DNA of 64,000 nucleotides, taken from contig NC_067404.1 of assembly GCF_016432865.1 (NCBI RefSeq), positions 84,630,001 to 84,694,000 of the forward strand, in the 5' to 3' direction. This document shows, piece by piece, positions 12,331-26,590 of this stretch; the stretch's first letter is position 1; every line of letters starts with the position of its first letter. The DNA comes from Antechinus flavipes. Its lineage: Eukaryota. A program made the position numbers and the translations under genes. The notes under the pieces are model-generated. The model ran no database searches and had not been told where the DNA came from. It saw only the letters and a list, made by a program, of their open reading frames with translations.

Positions 12331-13948
12331 CCGTCAGACACACTGTAATTTGATTTTAAAATAAATTTTAAAAAAAACCTTGATTTTAAAATAAAATTTT
12401 TTAAAACTTGATTCTAAAATAAAATAGTGATGTCATTTTGGTCCTCTTTCAAAAGAAAGGACAACAACCGACCAACCAATGTTTTAGAGTTTATCAAACA
12501 CTAGGTTATTGAGTTTCATGATTTCTTATTCTCCCTTAGCTCATCTATTCCAATGATCTATTCTCTATTTTTAACCATACCAAATGCTTTTGATGTCTTC
12601 TGTTTTATAAAGTCTGAGGTCTTTCATTCCTACTTCCTTTCATTATTTCCCTCGATGTTCTTTTGTTTTTCCACATTATTTTTGTTCCTTTTTTATTATC
12701 AAGTTCAACGAGTCATCCCTTTGATAATTTTATAGGTATACCATTAAAACTGTACATCGACTCTGCTGGTGGTGTCATTTTCATGATATTGGCACAGCCC
12801 AGCCATGAGCACTGAATATTCCACCAGCTATTTAAATTACTCTCTCTCTTTTCAGGAAGTAGTTTCTATTTCAATCTATACCAGTACTTTGTGTATTTAT
12901 GTCCAACTATCTTTTGCATTTTACAGTTATTTGGAATGTCATTTCCTTTTCTATCATTGCTTCTTGCATTTTAAAACATAGTTGATTTTTGAGTGTTGAT
13001 CTTGAAACTGATGACTTGGTTGAAGCTATTTGTGTCTCAATTAGTATTTTGTTCATTCCTTAAGGAATGCTCATCCTGTGATTAGCAAATAGAGATTTTT
13101 AAAAATTTCCTATTTACCTATCTTTATACCTTTAACGGTTTTTCCTTATTACTATTCATTACATTTCTAGAAATGGATCAAATAATAGTGAGGAAAGTGG
13201 GTCTCCTTGCTTACTCTTATATCTCTTGAGAAAACTTCTAGTATATCTCTGTTGCATACGATCTTTAGTTTTGGTTTTAGATAGCTAATTTTCATGATAT
13301 TAAAAAGGTCCTTCTGTGCTTCCACTTTGTAGAGCTTTTAGCATAATAGAGGGTTAGACTTTTTCAGTGAAAAGGAACCCCCTACTTCTAAAGACAGTTC
13401 ACTTCACTTTTGAATTATAGTAATTATACAAATATATTCTCCAAATCAGTTAAGAAGGATTATATTGATTCTAAGTCTGCTATTTGATATTCTTTCAGAG
13501 TCTTCAATTGAATTTTCAAAATGTTCATCATGATTTAGCCTGCCATTTGAGGTTCTATTTGGAGTAATTTTAATGTTGTTGAATAACCAGGGCTTCTTTT
13601 CACAATTAATCAAGCAAAAAGCATTTCTTATTTACCATATGGCAGGAGCTATACAAAAGAAAGTAAAATTGGCATTCAAAATTGTTATTACTGCTGAATG
13701 TTTTAAAACCAAGATGGAGCACAGGAATGAGATAAGAAGGTAATCTAGAGAGAGAGGGATCTTGCGTCCTTTCTGGGACTATTCCAAGTCTGGGTTCCTA
13801 GCTGGCATTTAACAGAATCCTTGTTTCTCTCCTGCCCTTTCTGTCTTTACCCCCATTTCTTGCCGTAACCCCCTCTTCTCCTTCATACAAATCGGTTTGT
13901 CGGAGATGAGGTGATACCGCCCCGAATCTAGGATTTAATCCAGATTTA

Positions 13949-14158
<210 letters not shown>

Positions 14159-15060
14159 TCAAAGTCAGGAATAAGGGTTGAAAGAGTAATAGTGCAAGAG
14201 GAAAGAACTCCAGGGGAATGAGACCGCAAAATTCCCTCGGGCCTGAAACATTTCTCCTCCTTGGTACCTATCACCAACCCTCCAGTCCCATCTCCCTGCC
14301 CGATTGGGTTGGAAAACGAAGGATTATTGAGACATTTTCTGGGCCCATCCCAGTTCACTATGACCCAAGTTCTTCAGACCCAGAGGCCTCTGAGTAGTCT
14401 CAGACAAAAGGACACCAAGGAGCTGGCTTTCCATGTTCTGGGCAAGAGTGCTTAGACTCTCTGCTCCCCTGACACCATGAAAAATGCTGGCAGCCTCCCA
14501 GAGTAGCCAGGGCCTGGGTGAAAGCAAGATCATTTCCGGCAGGCCTTGCCTCATGTCAGCAAAGGGTAGCCGAGTCTCTCACCTCACCTCTCACTCATTC
14601 TAAAGCCACGTGTTAAAAGCTAGTCCCAATCCTCAGCTCAGAACAGAAGACAGAACTTCCCATAACCTAGTCCCATCCTGAGAAGGCAGATAGTAGAAGC
14701 CATCCAAATCGGAGCTTTGGTGAGCCCGCGTTAGCAATTGAACAAGGGGGCAAAGGATTTAGCAGCTCAAAGTAGCACAGAACTGCTTCACCAAGAACTC
14801 CAGATGGAGAAGGGCAGACGGTGATAGCCTGAGACGGTACTAAGAAGTGGAGGTTACAATGAGGATGAAGAGCAGGCTTTGGGGAAGACGTGGACTGATA
14901 CTAAAGCAATGTTGGAAGTCTGGAATGTGGAGCCGATGCATTTGTAGGTGATGATGAGATCTAGGGTCTGACCATCTTTGTGAGAGACTGAGGTGCCATC
15001 GAGAAGAAAGTCGTAGAAACGAGATTAAAAGCTGGGAAAAAAGCTTTACAGCCAGCGCCT

Positions 15061-15995
15061 CTCATAAAGGTCTCATTTCTAAGATGTATAAAGAATGGTA
15101 TCAAATGTATAAGAATCCAAGTCATTCCCCAATTGAGGAATGGTCAAAGAATATGAACGATTTTCAGATGATGAAATTAAACTATCTATAATTACATGAA
15201 AAAATGCTCGAAATCACTATTCATTAGAGAAATGTGAATTAAACAACTCTGAGGTACCACCGCATACTTCTCATATTGGCTGAGATGACAAGAAAAGATA
15301 ATGATAAATGTTGGAAGGGATGTGGGAAAATTGGGACACTGATGCATTGTTGGTGGAATTGTAAAATGATCCAACCATTCTGGAGAACAATCTGGAACTA
15401 TGCCCAAAGGGTTATCAAACTGTGCATGCCCTTTGACCCAGCAGTGCCATTACTGGGTCTGTATCCCAGGGAAATCCTAAAGGAGGGGAAAGGACCCACA
15501 TGTGCAAAGACGTTTGTAGCAGATCTTTTTTGTGGTGCCAAAGAATCGGAAACTGAGCGGATGCCCATCAGGTGGGGAACGGCTGAAGAAGCTGTGGTAC
15601 ATGAAGGCAATGGAATATTATTGTTCTATAAAAATGATGACCAAGCTGATTTCAGAAAAGCCTGGAAAGATTTAGATGAACTGATGCTGAAGGAAACAAG
15701 CAGAAGCAGGAATACGCTGTACGCAGTAACAGCAAGGTTGTGCCACGATCAACTATGAAAGACTCAATTCCTCTCAGGGGTTCAGTGATCCAAGGCAATC
15801 CCAATAGACTTGGGATAGAAAATGGCATCTGTGTCCAGAGAGAGAACTAAGGAGACTGAAGGTAAATCAAGACATGCTATGTTCACTTCCTTTTTCTGTT
15901 TTTTGTTTTTTAATGTCTTCTGTTGCTTTTCCTTTTTGCTCCGATTTTTCTCTCCCAATACGATTCATAAAGCAATATGTGTTCAAAATAAATAA
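15061..15995 (+). mobile_element. L1 3' fragment (end of ORF2 and 3' UTR)
   Basis: ORF 15276..15758 is the L1 ORF2 C-terminal Cys-rich region (CWKGCGKIGTLMHCWW), followed by an L1 3' UTR. Confidence 0.85.
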
Positions 15996-16540
15996 GCCTG
16001 CTAGAAAAAACGAAGTCAGTTATTGGTGTGGAGGAGCACGAGGCAGTTTAAGGAACATCAGTTGATCTTTGTGTAACTTTTAATTCTCCTACTTACCCTC
16101 CTCCAAACGCTTTCCCCTACATCCCTCTAAAAGACGGCCCTCATAACCAAGCGCCTGTTAGCAGGGAAGGTGGTCTTTCCCTGCCTGTGGAGGAATCTTG
16201 GTACCTAAATATTCCAGGTTATGAAAGAAACATAGTTTGTCCTCTATGATATCCATGAATATTCAGAATTTATCTCCCTCAAAATGCAGCCGTTGGCAAC
16301 TGGGTTCTGACCAAGGAAGCAGACTACTTCTAGCATGGTGCTAGGTGCTTAGAGATGGGCTGAGTGGGCCATCACCTGAACTTGAAACCAGATAAAATTC
16401 ACCCAGCTGTGCTGCTGTCCAGCATGGAAGTCACGCCAAATGCCCCTGAACTGATGCGAATGTATGCCCTCTCTGGAGAAGAGCAGGAGTCATTGAATGG
16501 CTCACCCAGAATCACAGCAATCATTTATTCATTTATTTGT

Positions 16541-16683
16541 TTGTTTTGCTGAGGCAATTGAGCTTAAGTGACTTGCCCAGGGTCACACAGAAAGTATTAA
16601 GTGTTTGAGGCCAGATTTTCAAATCTCAGGTCTTCCTGACTTCAGGGTTGGTGCTTTATCCACTTCACCAACTAGCTGCCCCC
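16541..16683 (-). mobile_element. WSINE1-type SINE
   Basis: gctgaggcaattgagcttaagtgacttgcccagggtcacacag...ccaactagctgccccc is the reverse complement of the SINE. Confidence 0.85.
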
Positions 16684-17342
16684 TCACAGCAATCATTTGC
16701 AATCATTTCTTACAAAACCAATCCCTCTGACATCTGGTCTCAGCTGGAAGACCTCCAAGGAAGGGGAACCTACCCGCACAGCTAGGGGGCGCCACAACAT
16801 CCAGAGCCCTGAGCCCGGAAGGCAGGAAGATCAGTTCAAACTTGGTTTCAGACACTTCCTAGCTGGGTGAGCCATGACAAATCATTTTACCTTTTCTTAC
16901 ATCAGGTCATTTAACCTTTTCCTGCATCTTACATCATCTATAAAATGGGGATAATAAGAGCACCTACCTCCCAAGATTGTGGTGAGCATAAGATAATACT
17001 GGTAAAAGCACTCCATAAACCTTAAAGCATTATAAAAACTGCTAGTTGTTACTACTACCACTACTTCTCCCAGTACTACCTCCACCACCCCTTTTCAACA
17101 CAGCCCTTTGCACTTGGGGCAGTTCTAATTGTTCAGCAATGAACTATTTTTAATTAAAGCTTTTTATTTTCAAAACACACTCATGGATAATTTTTCACCA
17201 TTGACGCTTGCAGAACCTTGTGTTCCAAATTTTCTCCCCTTCCTTCCACCCCCTCCCTTAAATGGCAAGTAATCCAATATATGTTAAACATGGTAAATAA
17301 ATAAATATATATGTATGTATACACACACACACACACACACAC

Positions 17343-17391
<49 letters not shown>

Positions 17392-17429
17392 TATTTGTAC
17401 AATTACGTCTGTCAATTAACTTGTCAGCA

Positions 17430-17640
17430 ATTAACGCAGCCCAAGATCACATTCTTTTTTGGCTCCCACACCCCATGCTGCCTTCCCTAGAGCTAGCAGT
17501 CCACTCAGATCCCAGAGCTTTTTCAGACAAGCTGCTGTGTAGCCCTGGCTCCCCCATCTTATCCTTGGGAAGTTGATTTTTTAGCCCAAGTGTAAAGCAT
17601 TACACTTATCCCTATTGAATATCATCTTATTATTTGAAAA
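17430..17640 (-). mobile_element. CR1/L3 fragment
   Basis: cccagagctttttcagacaagctgctg...cccccatcttatcc...cccaagtgtaaagcattacacttatccctattgaat. Confidence 0.6.
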
Positions 17641-18345
17641 ATCAGTTGACCATTTGGGATTTGATAAATAAATGTAGCACAGCTGGGCCACACTTGAGCC
17701 GTTAGTCCTTGTGGTTGCAGACCCGCCGTCTCTTTAGGGCTCGGTCCTTCAGCATTCGCTCAGGCGCCTGTGCACTGGCCGGTTCACAAAGAGATTTGGC
17801 CATACCACATTCCTTCAGCCAAACTTACACAGTGAGTAATATGAGTGCTCCTGTCTCCTGCGAGCAGAGCTAAGTCTGCCGGCCTCCCTGCAGATGTCTG
17901 GGCCAAGGGGCAGCTGGCACCCAATCGGGACTGCCGAGCCATCACAGAATAGACTTGAATGACTGAGGATGTTGGCCAGTGACCGGGACTAGCAGAGATC
18001 AGCACTGCGGAGGCGATCAAGATTCTGGAGAGGGGAAGGATGCGGGACACTGCACCCAGAGAGCAAGCTGAGGGCTGAGGCTGCCTGCTGTTTTGGCTCC
18101 CACCAGGACGAGGAACTAAGAAGAGGAAATGTTTTGTGTAACTTCACATGTGCCTTTTCAAGGAGGGGGATTAGAGAGGGAGGGAGGAAGTGAATTTGGA
18201 ACTCAAAGTTTTCAAAGCAAATGTCAAAAATTGTTTTTCATGTAACTGGGCAAAAAATAAAATATTCAATAATATAGAGAGCTAAGAAGAGGAGAATCAC
18301 TTCATTTCCCTGGTCTTAGTCTATGATCCTGAGAGGGATCCTGGA

Positions 18346-18390
<45 letters not shown>

Positions 18391-19193
18391 ATTTCTTTTC
18401 AGAAGCCAAAGATCAGGGATGTTAAGTGAAAGGAGATTTCCGAGATGACTGGAGGGGAATGGCTCCCAAGAGGAGTACATAACCCATTTCCTTTTTCTTT
18501 TTTGCTATGTTCAAAAAGCCCTGTAGCATACATAGTAGGGAGAATTGAGCCCCGGGAGAAGAGCGTACAGACCCCAGGGCCCTAGAACTGTTGATGGACT
18601 AGCCACCATGTTTTCATTTATTGAGTAATATTCTATTTGACCCTCTCCAGTAAATTCCAAATCTTCCCAGTGCCGGTATTGGAACGGTGGCCCTTGTGGG
18701 GATCTGTCTCATGGTAGACCGAATGCCCTCTTGTGACCAAAGGAGATGCTGCAGCTTATTCAGAAAGCTTTCCCAATTGTGCCTTAGAGAGGCTGAGGAG
18801 CTACCAGCCTGGGAGCTCCAATAGACACTCCGTTACTGGCCAATGAACACCATATTTGCCAGGTTTCTCAGGAAGAATAATAGCTAATATTTAGATAGCT
18901 CCTACTATGTGCTGAACTCTCGCTCGAACTGTTCCGATGCCCTCCCAACCATTCCCGCTCTGAAGCTGTATGGTGCTCTGGAGCCAGGCCAGCGGCCCGC
19001 CAGGCTTCAAGGCTCACTGACAAAGAGCTGGCATGGACCACGAAGTGATGGGTCAGGAAGGCACGGAGGGGTGGAAGTGCACATCGCAGTGGGGCTGGAG
19101 GCTGCAGTCACAGCAAGGAAATAAATCTCAGCTCCTGCCCTCCTGAAAAGCACACTCCAAGGAATCAGGGAATTTGTCTGAGAGGGAGATTAC

Positions 19194-19331
19194 CTTGAAG
19201 GTCACCACTTCCATGCCCAGTGCCCTTGAATAAAATGAGCTCGTTTCTTCAATACTCTTCACAGTCATCACCAGGTGGTCTAGTCCATGGACGAGACATG
19301 AGGGCAGCAGCTCACGGCAGCCACTTTTAGA
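19194..19331 (-). CDS. GLOD5: Glyoxalase domain-containing protein 5, exon 2
   Basis: ccttttcAG|...AAG|GTAATC; 138 nt encoding SKSGCRELLPSCLVHGLDHLVMTVKSIEETSSFYSRALGMEVVTFK, matching GLOD5 (LDHIVMTVKSI...LGMEVMTFK). Confidence 0.93.
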
Positions 19332-20989
19332 CTGAAAAGGAAGGATGTTCCATTTGTCTTTGATGGCTCCTCTCTCCTATTCCCACTCTCCCCACCTCCA
19401 ATTTTAGGGGAACATGTCTGAACGTTCTATATAGGGTCTTCTAACCATCTTGATTCTGAGGAGATAAATGATATCGTCCCTCCTGGGCTTCTTTTCTCTT
19501 TCTGACTAGCCTGGCTTTCTCTCAGTTCTTTCATTTCTCTCCTTCTTCCTTTCTGCCTTCTTTTATCACCTCTTCCCTACTCCCTACCTCTTGTCTGTCC
19601 CCCTCCATTTCAGTCTGCTGAGTGAGTAAAAATGCCAGGATAGAAACAGGGAATTGCCAGGATTCAAGGAAGGAGAGTGAGTGAAGGTCAAAGGGCTAAG
19701 TGCACAAGCTTGGGTGTGGCCAAGTTTTTATACACCCTCACTTCCTCCCCCTCCGCAGCATAGGGAATGTCAGAAACTCTTTAGAGGCAAAAGGTTATTT
19801 AAATGTCTGTCTTTTCCAGATCATTCCCTTCGCCAAGGCTGGTTCTGCTGTGCCTGGCTTGTGACCTTTCATTGAGAACAAGAGCAGTGTGGATCTTTCT
19901 CTTCTCCCCTGCTGCCGTCTTCCCTGGAGAGAGGAGTTTCAGTTTGGCTTCTTTCGGCCTTCTCTGGGCAATGACCTTTCTTCCAGCCAAGATGACCCAG
20001 GAGTAGCCCTGCCCAGTGCTGGCTCTGCCTCTGGCCAGTCCAGCCTCTTCCTGGAGGGGCTGGAGTCCACAGGTAGGAGGAGGAGCCTTTTGTACCCTTG
20101 ACTTCTCACTCCCATTCCTTTCAGGGAGCAGGATCTCTGCATGGATTCCCCTTTGGCTCCACTAGAGACTAGCTCAGCCAAGTCAGTCCCAGAGGTCAGA
20201 ATCAAGGTGGGGAAGAGTCTCAGGTGACCAGCTCTCACCTCCTTTTTCTGCCAGATGCAGAAGAGCTATGTGTATATCAAGTATACACAGATTGGTCTCT
20301 GCTTATAGTTCCTTCTTCTGATCTCAATTAATCCAAGATACCACTAAATTGGAAGCATGTTTCTGAAGCCCTGAGTTGGTGGGAGTTTGATTTCAAGTCT
20401 GGGAAGGAGACAGAGGAGTTCTAAGGTACAGAAAATCACTAGCCCCAACCCTAACCTGCAGTCAACTTCTGGAAGAACATGAAGAAAAGTTGCCCAGAAT
20501 ATATTCCCATCTCTGCTGTTGGAGGGTATACTCAAATAGTTGAGAACACAGATCCGGGAGATTACTTGAATATTATGAATGAACAACCCATTTTCATTGT
20601 TCAGGAGGAGGAGACTGGTGGTGGAGCTAATGACTTCTAAGGTCTCTCCCACTCCACATCTGCCATCAGCTGATAGTGTTATAAGAAGAGACCCAATTGT
20701 CTGACCAAAGGTAGTTACTTCATAAGGAAAGGATGTGGAACTTGCAACACTTGGACACTGATTGTATTTGAAGGGGGAAGAAGAAGGAAGAACCAAGAGT
20801 CCCCTGAGGTTGTAAACCTGAGGCAGTGGAAATATTGGTGGTTGTTAGATTTCAAAAAGTTCCCCCAAATGCATAGAAACTCTAAAAGATAGAAACGTTT
20901 AAAATGCACACAAAATCCCCATTTGTGAATATGTGACTGATCACATAGAGGAGAATGGTTTCAGTGAGGGAAACAGTGGTGGTATTAAT

Positions 20990-23900
20990 TCATTGTCTTT
21001 CAGCATTTCATTCATTTGCTTTCAGGGAAAAAAATTTACTTTTCCCATCTATTTCTTTTAATTAAGCCTATTTTTGCCATTGCTTTGTCTGAAATAATGA
21101 TTGCAACCCCTGACTTTTTTCCTTCAGCAAAAGCATAATATATTTCACTCCAGACCTTTATTTTAACTCTGTATATAACTTTCTGTTTTGAGTGTGTTTC
21201 TTGCAAACAACATATTGTTATGCTGTCTTCTAATCAATTCTGCTTTGGCTTCTTCCATTTTATGGGTGAATTCTTCCCACTCATTCACATTTATGGTGAC
21301 TAATTTTTTTTTATTCTCTTCCATCTTATTTTTTTATACTTTTCTTTCTTCTTGTTTCTGATTCTCTCTTTAAGAATTTGTTGCTTTAAACTAACCCATC
21401 CCTCAATCTCCTCTCCCTCTCATTCTCTCCCTTTTCCTTAAGCTCTTTCCCTCCTATTTCCCCATTGAATGAAATGGATTTCTTTAACTATCTTTGTGTT
21501 CTTATCTCTTTTGACAAGTTCAGATGAAAGTGAAATTCAAATGTCATCTATTCCCCTCATCCTTTCTTTCTTGTTTGTATAGACCTACTAGTGAAGCGTA
21601 GTTATGACATCATTTACCCTTCCTTCCTCTCCCTCCGACAAATGTAATCCTCTTCCTCTCCCGTTCTAGTCTTCTTCTAAGATAATCAAAATGAAACAGA
21701 AACACTCCCAGACCCACTGTTGAATTAAACTACCTCTGTAACTAAACTATAAACTAACTCTATGATGACAGAGTTCTGAGGGGACAAATGTGCCATCTCC
21801 CCATGTTAAAATGTAAACATTTTATCTATGTTTAGTTTGTTATGATTGTTTACTTAAATTTGTCTTTTTGTTTCTCTTGATTCTACATTTGCACTTCAAA
21901 GTTTCTGCTCAGCTCTGGTCTTTTATCAAGAATGCTTGGAAGTCTTCTATTTCATTAAAAATCCATTTCCCTCCCTGTAGGATCATACTTAGTTTTTGTG
22001 GGGTAAATTGTAATGGTTGTAGATCTCAACCTTTGGCTTTCTGTAATATCACAATCCCAAGATTTCTACTCCTTTATAGTAATGGCTGTTAAATCATATG
22101 TGATCACTACAGTGGATCCTCAATACTTGAATTCTTTCTTAATGACTACAACATTTCTTTCTTTGATCTAGAAGTTTTTGATTTTGACTACAATATTTCT
22201 GGGAGTCTTCCTTTTGAGGTTTCTTTCAGGACATAAACAGTGAATTCCTTGAATATAGAGATATATTTCACTTAATGGGGAAATAAGAGAGAAAAGGGAG
22301 AATGGAGAAGAGGAATTAAAGGGAAAGTCGATTAAGGGAGAGATTAGTCCAAAATAAAACTAATTAACTACAGATGTACAAGATTGCTTATATCTCTTTT
22401 TGCGATGACAAAGATTTGGAAATTAAAAGAGTGCTCATCAATTAAGGGATGGCTGGACAAGTTATGGGATATGAATATGATTGGAAAAAAGGTATAAAAC
22501 CTTACTCAAGAACAAAAAAACTTCCCTAAAATTAGAACTGATTCAATAGAAGCTAATTACACTTAAGAAATATGGAAAACAAAGTCAAAAGATTGAAAAA
22601 AAATTACAAGAAAATGAAAGGTATTTTATAGCAAAAGCAACTGACCTAGAAAACAAATTGAGAGGAGATAATTTAAGAATCCCTGGACTACCTGAAAGGC
22701 ATGATGGAAAAAAAAAACCTTCTTGAGCTCAGATAATGCTTTCTGTATGAATTTGGATGCTGTTATTTGGATCATATAAATTCATTACAGATATTGATTT
22801 GTCTGTGGTTCCTTTTAGCATAATGTAGTTTCTTCTTTATTCCTTTTTTCTCTTTTGAATGTTTGTTTTTGCTTTGTCTGATAGAATGATGGTAACTCTT
22901 ATTTTTAGGACTCACTTGATTCATGGTAAAAAGAAAAAATTCCTCCTCTCAGTTTTATTTTGTGTATGTTTTTGCTTTTTTAATGTGTTCTTGTGAGCTT
23001 GTAGGGTTTTGTTTTCTCATCCAATCCATCACACTTTTTTGTTTTACTGTCTAATCCATTCAATTTTAAAGTTATGAGAGTTAGGTTCATATTTTTCCCC
23101 ATTTGTCTCTAACAGTGGAGTTTTTCAAGTTATTTTTCCCCCTCTTCTACTATAAACACAGTAGTATGTTCCTTCAATTACTTTAATCTTTCTTAAAAAT
23201 GGTTCCATTCCTACTGACTTTCTTCCCCTCATCCCTGATCCCCTCTTCTCATTTGTTACCTCTTCCTCTTTATGGTTTTGTTCATTAGTTCATTTTTTCC
23301 TCCTGCTTTTATCTGGTTATATATTTCTTCCCCCTCTTTTTTTCCTATCAAGTACATTCTTCTACTCCTTCCCTTCAGCTAGTCCTATTCATTAATTTTT
23401 ACTTTCATTTTTTGTGCCTTTTTCCAAAAAAAGATTTCTTTCACTCTCTTCATTATCTACCTTCTCTTTTTATCTAGACCTTTATTCCCTAATTCACGAC
23501 TCCTATAACCATCTGGTTTCTCTCTTTTTTCTGTATTCTTCATGCAATCAAAGCTTCCAAGGTATCAGTTCAAGGTTCTCACGTCTAAGCATTTTCTGTC
23601 ACTGTCTTGTAAGACATACCCCATAAGATTCCCCTTTTCCATGTTCCCTAGTCCCAGAACAATGTCAATTAATTGCAAGTGTCAGAAAGGACACTGTCCC
23701 ATGATATGGACCCTTTCCCCTTCATCCCCGATTGTTCAGTCCACCACTAATCCATACCCTCTCCCTTTGACTTTTTTCCTACATTTGTCTGGAAATCTTC
23801 TCCCTATATCTGTGTTCCCACATTCTTCCAAGTGCTACTTGCTCCCTGGATTTGCATCACCACCACCTCCAGTGTAAGACATGTAGACTTTTTAAGTACC

Positions 23901-24676
23901 AGATCAGCCAAACTTTGTCTAATATAAGCTTCTCACCTCCCCTTACTGGCCATCTTTCTTCACCTATATGGTTCAATGGAACCTTCGCCCACCTCCAAAA
24001 TAAGGCTTCCTTCCTTCTTGCCTTTTTCAACACCCCCCTTTCCTTCTTACTCCATTTCCTGTAGGCTCTTCTCTTTATGAGGTTACAAAAGTCACCTTCT
24101 CCTCATAACTAGCCCTTTATTTAACTCCAGCACATCACACATCCCTCTATCCCTCCCTGCTTTCTTCCCCACCCCCCTTCACAAAGCCTCCCATGCCGTA
24201 ATCTAGTCCCACAAAAAAAAAGCATGGATTCACCTGTAGGAAAGTTCTATCCATAACATCACCTATCTTCACTGTTACCTCCACCAGATTTTTCCCTTCT
24301 TTCCTGTCTCCTTGTATACATTTAGAAAGAAGTTTCTTAGTCTCTGCTGGACTTACCTGTTATTCTTTATATTCTCCCTACATTTCTGTTGTGTGGAGTT
24401 TTCAAGAAGCAATCTTTTCATTTCTTTATTATTGAACACCCATCTTTTATGGTATATGGGTAGGTCAGGGTAGGTCCCCATGGACTGTATCCTGAGCTCT
24501 ATTACTCTCCAGAAGACATTATTCCATCCTCTCGTACATTTTCTAGTGGGTGCAAAATGTCTTGTATTATTCAAATGTCCTTTCCTTTGTATTTGAAAGT
24601 CTCTCTAGACTTCTCTGAATTGGAACTGTCAAATTTAACCATTATGTGCCTTGGACTTTGCAGGACTGAGAGGTTG

Positions 24677-24707
<31 letters not shown>

Positions 24708-25563
24708 CTGAAGGCAATCTGAATTCTTTCTCTTGGAATTTGGATTTTATGTTCAGTAGTTCCGGCCAATTTTCTTTCATTATCACATTACGGTTTTTTG
24801 TCCTGTCATGTCCTGCCAAATGACCTCTCATCATTAGGTTGTCTCTACATACCTTGTCTTTGAGTTTAATACATTTTGCTTGTGAGCATATTTTTAAAAT
24901 ATTACTGGGGTTTACTCTCTCTTCCCCTAGATTGTTACTTCCTTTTTTGTTCTCTCTTTTGTTTCTTTGGTAAGCCTTGCCATGGTAGATTCTGATTTTT
25001 CTATTCTGTTCATTGTTTTTGCGGTACAGAACAGAGTCTATTCTCATAATTCTCATCTCTTTTTTGAATCACTCAGGAACAGTTTATTGTGATTCCACAT
25101 TCTTCTAAAAATTTACAGGCTCCTCCGTCTCACCAAGTATTGGATTATTTTTCCTGTTTTGCAATATTTATTCATGGATGCCTGAATTTGTTTACTAAAT
25201 CTGGAGGTCATATTTCTATTGTGACTGTTTTTCCTGTTGATTTATTTAGATTCAAAGTCATTGAGTTTTTTCTTCCTGAAATCTATGATACTTTTCTTTT
25301 CTTCCTCCTTATTTTCCCTATCACTCATTTATTGACTCCTTCTCCTCTGGTTATGGTTTCCCTTGGGATTGGATCTCAAAGAAATCCCAAGACTGGATTT
25401 CTCAGCCTCTCCCCACTCTCGGCAATTCACAGCTCTTCACCCTATGTCTATATCCCAACTGACTTTCTGGTGGTCAGAACTGGGCAATCTGGATGCTAGA
25501 CTTTGCCCTCAGTGTCAGTGGAGTGCTACACAGGTAAACACACACACACATATACACGTGCCC

Positions 25564-25611
<48 letters not shown>

Positions 25612-25918
25612 CATTCTGTCTTAGTGATCCATCCCATTCCCACTGTCCCTCACTTCTCTGACCTGATACCGACAGTTCAGAGCCTGTTTCCCCTCCCCTT
25701 CCCCAGCAGCAGTTTTGAACTTTGTAGTGCTGGTGCTTTCAGGTTGCAGCCCCTGGCAGGCTTTTGCTCCTGATCAGCTGTGGCTAAGCTGGTTGTCAAG
25801 GCCCAAGCAACTTTCTGCAGCCTCGAGCCAAGATCTCCAGAGCACCAGAAAAAGGAGGGGAGATAAGGGTACAGAGGTAAATTTTGTGGTAAGCCTGTGT
25901 TGTGTCCTTGGATCTGCT
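20990..25918 (-). mobile_element. Fragmented old L1 region (ORF1/5' UTR-like and ORF2 pieces, partly inverted)
   Basis: ORF 24571..25056 (-) resembles L1 ORF1 (IMKENWPELL...PRHIMVKF). There is a plus-strand ORF1-like piece near 22550-22720; boundaries approximate. Confidence 0.6.
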
Positions 25919-26264
25919 AGGTTGGGGTTATGGAGATGCAGAAAGTGAGGATCTCTGAGGGGAAGGACACGGGTAATGATGCAGGAGAGAAAGCAGCCCA
26001 GGTCATCTGTCTATTGCTTTGTTGGGAAGTATTTCCCCAGTAGCAAATCTGAATGGCTTCTTCCCAACCTTCTCCACCATCCACCTCGCTCCTAGTTCAA
26101 TTCACCTTTTACGTGACAGCTCTCATCCCCTCCCAAAGCCTTCCCTTCTCCGGGTTAAGCATCTGCATTTCCTTCAACTGACCTAAGTTTGGCAGCAACT
26201 CTTGTTTGCCTGGACTCTTGCAGTGGCTGACCCTAATTCTAATCCAGCCCCCACTCAGCTGACA

Positions 26265-26590
26265 AGGTGATCTTCCTAAGAGTCTGACCTTGTCACCACC
26301 ACCACTGTCTCTACTCAGTAAATTCCATGAATTCTCTATTGCTTTTAGGATCAAATATTGGTTTCTTTCTTTGGCCTTTTGAGACCTTCACAGCCTCCTC
26401 AGGCTTATCAAGTACATTACTCGCTTTCACATAGTCTACCTTCCAGCCAAACTGGCATCCTCACTGTTCCCAACATACACAACTCTATGTCCCCTCTCCA
26501 TGTCTTAGCAAAGGCCATCCCTCATGCTTCTTAACCCTGCCTCCTCACATCTGCTTCTTGGAATCCCTGACTTTCTTCAAAGCTCAGCTC
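26265..26590 (+). mobile_element. L2 fragment
   Basis: gtgatcttcctaag..tctgaccttgtcac..ctcagtaaattcc..ttttaggatcaaat..ccagccaaactggc, typical of the L2 3' region. Confidence 0.6.

Noticed and set aside
12349-12426. Three AT-rich ~29-bp tandem units (TTGATTTTAAAATAAA...)
   Set aside because: Ordinary low-complexity duplication next to an RTE fragment.
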